This document shows positions 44,338-52,701 of a stretch of 64,000 nucleotides of DNA, in pieces. A model generated the notes under the pieces. It was not told the DNA's origin, made no database searches, and saw only the letters and a list, made by a program, of their open reading frames with translations. Source of the stretch: Barthelona sp. PAP020 (taxonomy: Eukaryota); contig JARQWU010000023.1 of assembly GCA_040182905.1 (NCBI GenBank), positions 1-64,000 on the forward strand, given 5' to 3'. Numbering within the stretch: the stretch's first letter is position 1; each line of letters opens with the position of its first letter. The position numbers were made by a program, and so were the translations under genes.

Positions 44338-46059
44338 ATGTCCTTCACAGCTACTTTAAAAATATCAAATAGAAGTACTGACACTGTTAATTTTAATCCT
44401 GAGGAATCTGTTGGTACCTTTAAAGAACGAATTTCTAATAATTTGGAAATTCCCATCGAATCACAAAGGTTGGTCTATAATGGAAAAATATTGAGTAATA
44501 ATGAGTCTTTATTAACTGATTACGGTATGTCTTCTGATTGTACATTGTATCTTGTAATTATTGGAGGAAATAAAAGCAAGAAGCCTTCAGTTCCTCGTAC
44601 AACTACCAGACAAACCAGTAGAACTACAACTGAATCCTCCAGCAATAGGATTGGAACTCGTACATCATCTCAAATTCCTTCCAATTTTTCTACTTCATCA
44701 TCAAATTCAACTGAAAATCCTCAAATTAATACTGAATCCTCTCAACAACAAAATGTTTCGGCTAATGCATCAGCTACTTCCAATCCCTTTGGAAATTTGT
44801 TTGGAAATATGGGAGATCTTTCTCAACTTCAACAGTTATATGATTCAATGGGTATTGATATGAATGAAATGCAGGAAATGTCCATGAGAATGTTCAGAGA
44901 AAATCCGGAATTGATGCAAAGAATTACACAATCGATATATTCTGGTGGAAATCCTTTTCAAGATACTGACACATTAAGAGAATTGTTAACTGGTAATCCA
45001 ATGATTCAACAAGCTCTTAATGAGCATCCTGAACTTGGAGAGATTTTTGAAAATGATGATCAATTGGAGCAGCTTGGTCAAATGATGTCGGATCCTGAAC
45101 AATTAAGAATGGCTGTCAGTAATATGGAACATCAAATACAAAATATTGAAAACCAATTTGGTGGAAGTGCTTTGTTACAAAGAGTTTTCAACACTGCAAA
45201 TGAAGTTGAAGATGCTTTGAATCCTATTGATAGAACTGTTCAACCAGGTGATATGGAAGCAAATGATGAAATCCAAGAGGAAGAATTTCCCGATCTTTTT
45301 GAATCTCAAAGATCTCGTAGAACTTCACAAAATGGTTCCAATTCACAAACTAACAATCAAAATGAACAAAATCAAAACAGAACCAATCCCTTTCCCAATA
45401 TCGGTGCCAATCCTTTTGCTGGTTTAGGCGCTAATCCATTTGGTGGCATGGGTATGCCAGGTATGGGTGGTTTGCCTGATGACCAAAATTTGGATATGCT
45501 TGAATCAATGATGAATTCCCCATTGTTTGCTGAACAAATGAGACAAATGAGTGAACATCCTGAACAATTGGAAGCAATGTTCAGTATGATTCCTGGTGCT
45601 GAGAACAATCCAATGCTTCAAATGATGAGATCAAATCCTGAAATGATGAGACAAATGATGAATCCTGAAAACATTCAAAGACAATTGAGAATGATTAGAG
45701 GTTTACGTGGAATGACATCTCAAAATAATAGCACAAATAATACCAATGAAAGCAGTAACAGAAGTGAATCTTCTTCTCAACAAGCTCCTCCCACTCTTCC
45801 TTTTGACTTGTTTGGATTTGGTCCTAATGCTGGTAGATCTGATGCTGGTAATCCTCCTAATCCACGTTCAAATCAAAGTAATCAAAACAGAACTCCTTTA
45901 TTGTCTGTTCAAGATAACAGAGAAAGATACAGTTCTGAATTGAGTCAAATTGCTCAAATGGGTTTACCAACTGATGATAATACTGTCAGGTTATTGGTTA
46001 GATTTGGTGGCAATGTTGAAAGTGTAGTTAATTCATTGTTGGATGGAAGTTTTTTCTAA
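44338..46059 (+). CDS. UBQLN: Ubiquilin/Dsk2 (UBL, STI1, UBA)
   Basis: UBL QRLVYNGKIL, NP-rich STI1 repeats, UBA ERYSSELSQIAQMG..GGNVESVV. Confidence 0.9.
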   Translation: MSFTATLKISNRSTDTVNFNPEESVGTFKERISNNLEIPIESQRLVYNGKILSNNESLLTDYGMSSDCTLYLVIIGGNKSKKPSVPRTTTRQTSRTTTESSSNRIGTRTSSQIPSNFSTSSSNSTENPQINTESSQQQNVSANASATSNPFGNLFGNMGDLSQLQQLYDSMGIDMNEMQEMSMRMFRENPELMQRITQSIYSGGNPFQDTDTLRELLTGNPMIQQALNEHPELGEIFENDDQLEQLGQMMSDPEQLRMAVSNMEHQIQNIENQFGGSALLQRVFNTANEVEDALNPIDRTVQPGDMEANDEIQEEEFPDLFESQRSRRTSQNGSNSQTNNQNEQNQNRTNPFPNIGANPFAGLGANPFGGMGMPGMGGLPDDQNLDMLESMMNSPLFAEQMRQMSEHPEQLEAMFSMIPGAENNPMLQMMRSNPEMMRQMMNPENIQRQLRMIRGLRGMTSQNNSTNNTNESSNRSESSSQQAPPTLPFDLFGFGPNAGRSDAGNPPNPRSNQSNQNRTPLLSVQDNRERYSSELSQIAQMGLPTDDNTVRLLVRFGGNVESVVNSLLDGSFF

Positions 46060-46255
46060 GTTATCAATGTTAAGTAATTTTATAAATTTATGAGATTTTT
46101 TTTTTTAATTCTTTTGGAGCAATCTTTATTCCATTATTATTTCCTTTCAGTGAACAAGGTACATTTAAGTAGCATTGACACAAAAAAAAAATAGAAAAAA
46201 AAAGATGGAAAACATTTATAGACTAAATAGAATTGAAGACCAAAAAAAAAACCCC

Positions 46256-47041
46256 TTAAGCAATTGTTGAATCCATTGCAGAACCTTTTTCAGCATCAAC
46301 AGAAGCTGTCCGTTGAATTAGAGAAACAGATAAATCTTTTAAGCTCAAAAGACTGGGTTTCTTACGATTTACAAAAGGGCTAAGAGAAATACCTCGTGAA
46401 GGTGGTAATCTTATTTCAGGTGTCGAAATTCTGGTTTGAGGACGTGGTGGTAAATCTTTCTGAAATAATTTAAGTGGATCAACATCATCATCATCAGATG
46501 AATCTAAGTCTGAATCAGAATCTATCTTTTGTGAATTTTCCTTTAAAATCGAAGATGGAGGAGCTGAAGCAACCCGGTTTGGTTGATAAGGTATTGGTGA
46601 AGGAATTAACAAATAATTTGACTCAAATTCTTCATTGTCACTTATCACAGAAATAACTGAAGGAGAAGAAGCTATTGAAATTGTTTGCTCAACAGGAGAA
46701 CTCAAATTTTTATCTTTGAAACTGTGATCTATCATTGAAAAAGAAACATCAGCAGCAACAACAGGATTAATTACAATACTTTGTTCGATATCTTCGTCAG
46801 AAGAAGAAGAAATATCACAATCACTGTCACTAACTGCAAGTTCAGTTATATCAATAATATGTGTATGAGGTGTGTCTAAAACACTTTGACTATTAGATCT
46901 ATTGGCAAGGGTTAATGACAATGGTGTTGATTGCAAAAAAGGAGAACGTTTCATTATGGGATATTCAATATTCTGTAATCTTTCTCTATCATAGCTAATA
47001 GATTGATCATCTACACTATGATCATCCACAACCAACATCAT
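46256..47041 (-). CDS. Hypothetical Ser/Asp-rich disordered protein
   Basis: Long ORF, first ATG at 47041, low complexity. Confidence 0.6.
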   Translation of the reverse strand: MMLVVDDHSVDDQSISYDRERLQNIEYPIMKRSPFLQSTPLSLTLANRSNSQSVLDTPHTHIIDITELAVSDSDCDISSSSDEDIEQSIVINPVVAADVSFSMIDHSFKDKNLSSPVEQTISIASSPSVISVISDNEEFESNYLLIPSPIPYQPNRVASAPPSSILKENSQKIDSDSDLDSSDDDDVDPLKLFQKDLPPRPQTRISTPEIRLPPSRGISLSPFVNRKKPSLLSLKDLSVSLIQRTASVDAEKGSAMDSTIA

Positions 47042-47399
47042 GGCAAAGGATGTTGATAATTTTAAGAATTGATAATTTCTTTTTTTTTTCTTTTCCTGTG
47101 ACAAGTTTATCGTGTTTGTTGTTGTTATTTTGTTCAAATTTTGAAAGTGATTGTTGAATAAATGCTTTTGTAAAAAATGTAGACCTTTCAGTAATCAAAT
47201 ATAAGATAACATTTTTAAATCCAATGAGATTGGATCCAACTTTTTAAAGATGTTTACATAATTTTTCTTTCATTTTTGGAATTATTTTGAAAAAGTTGCA
47301 TCATATCAAATGTTCTTCAAAGATTTTAAATAATTTAATTAAATTTGCTTTTTATGTTATTTCTAAAACCAAATTTATTGTTTTTAAGAAAAAGAATAA

Positions 47400-48494
47400 A
47401 TGTTCAAAAACATTTTTTTATTTTCACATTCGAAATCTGATACTTACCACATGACAAGTGATTCCATGGATGATAGTGAAATTGTGTTGAGGAACATTGA
47501 TGTTTCTGATGGTACCATAACTGATTTTTTGGGATTGGACGAAAATATTGTTACCATCAAGGCATCAAATAATTCCATCAATGATTTATCTCATTTGTCT
47601 AATCGTAGTTCTTTGAAATGCTTGATTGCAAATCATAATTATATTTCCACTTTCAGGTCACTACGATCAGTTAATAATTTAAACACCTTAGTCTTATCAA
47701 ATAATAGAATTAAAACAATCAAAGATTCTGCTGTAATGCCTTCATTGACAAAATTGAATTTGTCTCACAATTTATTAGCTGCCTTTGATTATGAAACCAA
47801 TTATTTTCCCAGATTGCAAGAATTAAGATTAAACAGTAATCAAATCAGCAGTTTGGAATCATTTAAAAATTTGCAAAGAATTCAAATTTTGGATTTGGGT
47901 AATAATCAGATTTCTGATATTTCTGAATTAGAAAATTTAAAACATTTGGAAAAATTGAAAAATTTGAATTTGTTAGGCAATCCTTTTGTTCCTTCCAAAG
48001 AAGATAAGGATAAATATGATGCTTATGTTGAAGAAGTGAGAAAATTATTTCCTAATTTGATTGTTTTAGATTCGAAACGTGTTTTACCAAAAAGAGGATT
48101 ACTTTCAGCACGTAAAAAAACTGCGGGAAAAAATCAAAAGCAAAATAAAAATCAACAACTAAATAAAAATCAACAACATAAAAATCGAAATAAGGAAGCA
48201 AAGTCAGAGAATGTTGAAAAATTTGAAAGGACTGAAAAAAAGGAGAAAAAAGAAAAAAAAGAAAAGAAAGAAACGACCAAATCAAGGGAGAGAATGAAAG
48301 CAAATAAACAGAAAGCAAAAAGAGAGCCAACAATTGAAACCGTAGAAGAAAGAAACTTGGATGAAGAAAAAATTATCAACGAAAGTGTCAACATGAATAT
48401 TGATATGAAAAAGAAAGAATTGGGAAAAAGAAAGTCAAATCAAAATGATGTTTTGAAAAATATTCAACAAGAAACAGAGACAGAAAGTTGGTAG
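47400..48494 (+). CDS. SDS22-like leucine-rich repeat protein with basic tail
   Basis: LxxLxLSxNxI repeats, LNLLGNP cap, LIVLD; start may be 47451. Confidence 0.85.
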   Translation: MFKNIFLFSHSKSDTYHMTSDSMDDSEIVLRNIDVSDGTITDFLGLDENIVTIKASNNSINDLSHLSNRSSLKCLIANHNYISTFRSLRSVNNLNTLVLSNNRIKTIKDSAVMPSLTKLNLSHNLLAAFDYETNYFPRLQELRLNSNQISSLESFKNLQRIQILDLGNNQISDISELENLKHLEKLKNLNLLGNPFVPSKEDKDKYDAYVEEVRKLFPNLIVLDSKRVLPKRGLLSARKKTAGKNQKQNKNQQLNKNQQHKNRNKEAKSENVEKFERTEKKEKKEKKEKKETTKSRERMKANKQKAKREPTIETVEERNLDEEKIINESVNMNIDMKKKELGKRKSNQNDVLKNIQQETETESW

Positions 48495-48509
48495 GAATAA
48501 ATGTATGTT

Positions 48510-48584
48510 CTTTTCCGTTGTTAAATTTTTTTATTTTATTTATGACTTCATTAAACCATCCGTGGGGGTGGGGGAATTGAGGGA
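48510..48584. repeat. Left (element 3') degenerate inverted terminal repeat
   Basis: Blocks cttttccgt / gacttcattaaaccatcc / aattgaggga are reverse-complementary, in order, to 52361-52402. Confidence 0.75.
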
Positions 48585-51500
48585 TTTTATATGCGAACGC
48601 TCGTCTGATTGTTCTCATCGTCTGACGATTCTGAGACGCTGTGACCCGAAAATCTCTCATAATCGTTTACGATGGCACAATCAGCATAATGTTCTGCTAA
48701 ACCTGGTGAGTTCCAACCTCCTGCGGCGCGAACAACTTCCATGTCGGTATGTTTATCCTTTAGTTCTTTAGCCCGTCCTCGGCGGAAAGAATGGAGCAGT
48801 ATGTCCCTAGGTAAATTTCTTTCCTTCGTCCAAGCACGTATTCGAGTGTTTAAAGTTTTCATTAACTCAGTCTTCTCTTGTTTTCTAGCTTTCAGGATCT
48901 TCACCTTGTTCCGAACGAGATTTTGGAAGAATTCCTTACCTTGTGGGTGTTCGTTCAATTCTTGTTCGTTTATAGGGATCGTTTTGCTTGTGTCGTTCTT
49001 CTTAGCATAGATCGAAACCTGTACATTCCCGTCTTGTACTACTACTGCTGAATTCCCCAACTCTAGGTCGCTTCTTCGGGAACATGTGAAATATAAAGCC
49101 AGCGCGGTATCCCTGACATCTTCGCCCTCCGTTTCCTTGATGTATTCTGCCAAGTCCCAGACTTGACTCTTGGAGATTCCTCTTTGATCTCTTATTATGG
49201 GCTCTAAGCCTTTCCTACGTTGTTCATGTCGGTGGCTCATAGCTTTCTTATGTCTTTCGAAAGCGGGGTCCGGAGCCCAACCTAAGGCCCCCCAGAAGTA
49301 TTGTACGGCGGAATACATCGACTGTAATCTTGCCACGCCTACTTTATATGACCCATCTGCTCTCAACTCATTACCACATTCATTAATGAATTTATGTAGA
49401 ACCGTCTCTGCTTGCTTATTCACTTCTGCTGGAACTGCTTCATATAACTTCCCGTAGTACTGGAGGTATTTGTTGTAAATGCTCCGATATTGGTTCCAAG
49501 TTCCTACTGCCACGCCGTCTTTGAGCAGTTCTAATGTAAAAGGGTCAGCCAAACCGCTTAATACAGTTTCGACCTCCTGAAGTTCCTCGTTTCCTTTACT
49601 ACTTAGCCGGTGTGACAAATCAAGACCATCGATTCTCAGAGTCGGTTTATCTCCTTTTGTTTCTGCCACGTAATACCTCCATGGAAGCCAAGTATTGAGT
49701 CGCGCCCCGTAGATATCGATCTCTTTGCCAAAACTCATTGCTCGTAACATGAGATCCAGAACCATGTTCTCCGAAGTTTCTTTGTAAGCCCATCCGCCTT
49801 TGTAGGATTCCACTTCTGCGTAGAATAGGATACTTTCATACCCCCAAGCGGCTTTGGCTTCCTTTTCATCTAAGCTAATGGAGCTTTCCATCGGTGTGGA
49901 AAGGTGAGACGTTTCTAACATCTTTCGTGTGATAACCTCCGGATATTTTCCAAATGCCATCTTATGACGTCGGGCAACTGTCCTTATCTTCCTGCTTTTA
50001 TCTTGCAGACTTTTCCCTGTTCTGTTCTTAATTCTTGGACATTCTCGGACCATAGAAAACGTTTCATTCGTATAGTCTGGGATTTCAAAACTTGTGGGAC
50101 ATAAGGTAAGGTCACCAAAGAGGGTATTATCCTTTATTCTAACAGGTTTATCCCTGCTCAACATGTCTGCAACCTTATTTCGATCAGTAGGAATCCACAT
50201 GGGTATCACTTTAAGATTAAGTTCCTCCATGCGTCTCCATATCCTATTTGACATGTTCCGTAGTGAGTCTTTTACACTTCGCGCTCTTCTGAAAGCACTC
50301 AAGGCGACTTGGTTATCCACGAGCCACACCCAACAACCATTGAGTGCTTTTTCTGGGAAAAACTCAATAGCTTCTTCCAAAGCTGATAACTCTAAGAGGT
50401 CAATTTGTTTAGGAAGCTCTTTCTTTGGTTTTCTCTTCCGCATTCGTTTCTCCTCTTTTGTTTCCAATGCAATGCCAATACCGTTAAGAGATGCGTCGGT
50501 AGCAACGGTCGCTGTTACAACTCTTGGTGAAAGGTCTCCTCTAATTTCTAACTTTAACCAAGCTGATATCTCTTCTCTTAGATGAAGGGGCATGGTAAGT
50601 TTTGTAGAGTTGTGTAGCCTAACAAAATCTTCCATTGAAGAAGCTCCAAAGCGAAACATCTGATGTTTGACGAAATTGCTTATCTCCAAAGATAATCTTC
50701 TGTACTTTTGATGGACAATTGAAGCCGATTGGAGCTTTCCTTGCAGACTTGCTATCTCAGATAGTGTCATCACGTCCTTCGTCATATCTAGCATCTTCTC
50801 TCTTTTATCCCGAGGCAGGCTAATTCTTCGACTTTTTAAATCAAGGTCGAAACCTAGGTATTTCACCTCTTGGTCTGGTTTCTGGGTTTTACTTGATTTT
50901 ACTTTGAAACCAACTCCGTTCAGTAACTTCTTGGTGTGGTCTAATGCCTTTTCGGTTTCTTCTTTAGTCCTTCCTCCGATAAGCAAATCATCTACATATT
51001 GAAGGACAAAGAAACCATCTGCTCTTACTCTCTCAACCACAACCTGTAAAACCATGGTAAACATTTGAGCTGCAACTGATGAACCGAAAGGAAGTCTTTT
51101 AGCCCCGTATGTTTTCCCGTTTACTTTTACTTGAGTTAAACTAGCCCATTCCTCTGAGAGTGGTATATGAGTGTAACCGCTTTCAATATCAATCACTGCA
51201 GCCCACTCAGGAATTAAGGGAAAATATTTCAAAGTGTTAACTTCCGTGGCCCACAGAACACTTTTAGCATTCAGTTCTCTGCAGTCCAAGATTGGGCGAA
51301 TATCATCAACGCCCTTTGGAACTGCGCCAAGACCTGCTGTCAATCCTTTTGAAGGAGTGATCTCCTCTAAGACTCCCATTTCAATCATCTTATTTAACGC
51401 CTTCTCTTCATCAATACCAGCCCAATTTTGAACTTTAGCTGAGAGATTTGTGCCTTCATCAAGAAGAGTGGGTGCCCCTTCGATTAAACTTTTTAGAAAC

Positions 51501-52401
51501 CGTTTAGTCTCTGTATTGTAGCCAAGGGAAGTTGCGATTTTTTCAAAGTTTTCCCAGCACCAGTTCCCATCAATATCTTTTGGGGTACTTGATGATTTTG
51601 CAATACGGACTTCAGGGACGACGTGTGCTACCTGATCCCTTCTTTTCTTGATAACACTTAGTGTTTTGTCTTTTTTCTCTTCCGATTGCGGAAGCTGAGG
51701 TTTCTTGGGTAAATTCTTCTCTTTCTGTTCATTTTTTTTGGTTGGTTCTTTTTCCAAATAAGAAAAAGTTTTGTTTTTATTTGAATTTTTTTGGATTTCC
51801 AGAGGTAAGGCTACTCCAAAGCGATTGAAGCACATATCTATTAAGTCTTTGGCATATCTGTCGCCTGTTCTCATTGTTAAAATCTTTACAATGGCCGATT
51901 TGACCGCTGAATAGATTTCATCGTTGACACCATCGTCCCATCTGTATAAATGTAATTCGTCCAAAAAAATTCCCATAGTTAAGGCAATAACAGCAACGTT
52001 TTGAGCCTCGAATGCACCGTCTTGTCCTGCGAGTGCATCTCGTACATCTTTCGCACGAAAAATCTCTTGAAGAATCGAATTCGTCGTTCTAGCTGTTTCT
52101 GCTTTTACGTTGAGGAATGCAGGTCCATTTTCGTTGGATAGCCTCAACGATTTGGCAAATATTTCTGCCAATTTTTCGACACCTATTGGTGTTGTATCCT
52201 CTTTGTTGTTCATGAGTGTATTACTTCAAAAATAACGGTAAATGTTCGATATGAGGATCACGAATAAGTATTTTGAGAACGATTCTTTATGTTTCTCAAA
52301 TAAGTCTTGTGTCTTCCAACTTACCAACCAGTTGATATCAGTTTTGAGTGTTTGCTGTCGTCACTCAATTGGGATGTTTTATGGAGTCTCTTTACGGAAA
52401 A
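48511..52401 (-). mobile_element. Tyrosine-recombinase (DIRS-superfamily-like) retrotransposon, single ORF, apparently intact
   Basis: GC clearly above host; termini TTTTCCGT (48511-18) / ACGGAAAA (52394-401); GTTC direct repeat at 48507-10 and 52402-05; RT-RH-YR ORF. Confidence 0.88.
48587..52213 (-). CDS. Polyprotein: putative Gag-like N-terminus, reverse transcriptase, RNase H, unknown domain, tyrosine recombinase
   Basis: RT: VPK..IRPILDCRELN, IDIESGYTHIP, LPFG, YVDD (aa 406), YLGF. RH: TDAS (572), LLELSA, VDN, NKVADMLSR. YR: R1046, HSFR (1141), W1167, Y1176. Confidence 0.93.
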   Translation of the reverse strand: MNNKEDTTPIGVEKLAEIFAKSLRLSNENGPAFLNVKAETARTTNSILQEIFRAKDVRDALAGQDGAFEAQNVAVIALTMGIFLDELHLYRWDDGVNDEIYSAVKSAIVKILTMRTGDRYAKDLIDMCFNRFGVALPLEIQKNSNKNKTFSYLEKEPTKKNEQKEKNLPKKPQLPQSEEKKDKTLSVIKKRRDQVAHVVPEVRIAKSSSTPKDIDGNWCWENFEKIATSLGYNTETKRFLKSLIEGAPTLLDEGTNLSAKVQNWAGIDEEKALNKMIEMGVLEEITPSKGLTAGLGAVPKGVDDIRPILDCRELNAKSVLWATEVNTLKYFPLIPEWAAVIDIESGYTHIPLSEEWASLTQVKVNGKTYGAKRLPFGSSVAAQMFTMVLQVVVERVRADGFFVLQYVDDLLIGGRTKEETEKALDHTKKLLNGVGFKVKSSKTQKPDQEVKYLGFDLDLKSRRISLPRDKREKMLDMTKDVMTLSEIASLQGKLQSASIVHQKYRRLSLEISNFVKHQMFRFGASSMEDFVRLHNSTKLTMPLHLREEISAWLKLEIRGDLSPRVVTATVATDASLNGIGIALETKEEKRMRKRKPKKELPKQIDLLELSALEEAIEFFPEKALNGCWVWLVDNQVALSAFRRARSVKDSLRNMSNRIWRRMEELNLKVIPMWIPTDRNKVADMLSRDKPVRIKDNTLFGDLTLCPTSFEIPDYTNETFSMVRECPRIKNRTGKSLQDKSRKIRTVARRHKMAFGKYPEVITRKMLETSHLSTPMESSISLDEKEAKAAWGYESILFYAEVESYKGGWAYKETSENMVLDLMLRAMSFGKEIDIYGARLNTWLPWRYYVAETKGDKPTLRIDGLDLSHRLSSKGNEELQEVETVLSGLADPFTLELLKDGVAVGTWNQYRSIYNKYLQYYGKLYEAVPAEVNKQAETVLHKFINECGNELRADGSYKVGVARLQSMYSAVQYFWGALGWAPDPAFERHKKAMSHRHEQRRKGLEPIIRDQRGISKSQVWDLAEYIKETEGEDVRDTALALYFTCSRRSDLELGNSAVVVQDGNVQVSIYAKKNDTSKTIPINEQELNEHPQGKEFFQNLVRNKVKILKARKQEKTELMKTLNTRIRAWTKERNLPRDILLHSFRRGRAKELKDKHTDMEVVRAAGGWNSPGLAEHYADCAIVNDYERFSGHSVSESSDDENNQTSVRI

Positions 52402-52402
52402 G
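52361..52402. repeat. Right (element 5') degenerate inverted terminal repeat
   Basis: tcactcaatt gggatgttttatggagtc tcttt acggaaaag. Confidence 0.75.
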
Positions 52403-52701
52403 TTCAATAAAGTCTTATTTCATATTTTTTTTTTATTTGATTCCTCAGTATTGGAAGTTTAAGTGTCCAAACAATATATGTACATCTTTTTGGAGAGAAA
52501 AAAAAGCTTGAAGCTGAATGTAAAATCAAAAATTTGTTGTTTAACAATATTAGTATTGTTTTTCAAAAGTAATTTTCAATTATTTGAATATCCAATTGTC
52601 AAATAAAGATGAATCTTCATATTTTTAAATGAAACACAGTTTTTTTTTTTTTAAGAAATTTGAATTTTATGAAGATAATTATTTAAAATTTTGAAAGAAA
52701 T

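Noticed and set aside
50094..50585. 163-aa antisense ORF and other short + strand ORFs inside the retroelement, as possible extra genes
   Set aside because: Antisense shadows of the GC-richer polyprotein frame; no motifs
52242..52511. 89-aa ORF upstream of the retroelement ORF
   Set aside because: Crosses the inferred element boundary into host intergenic DNA; no motif
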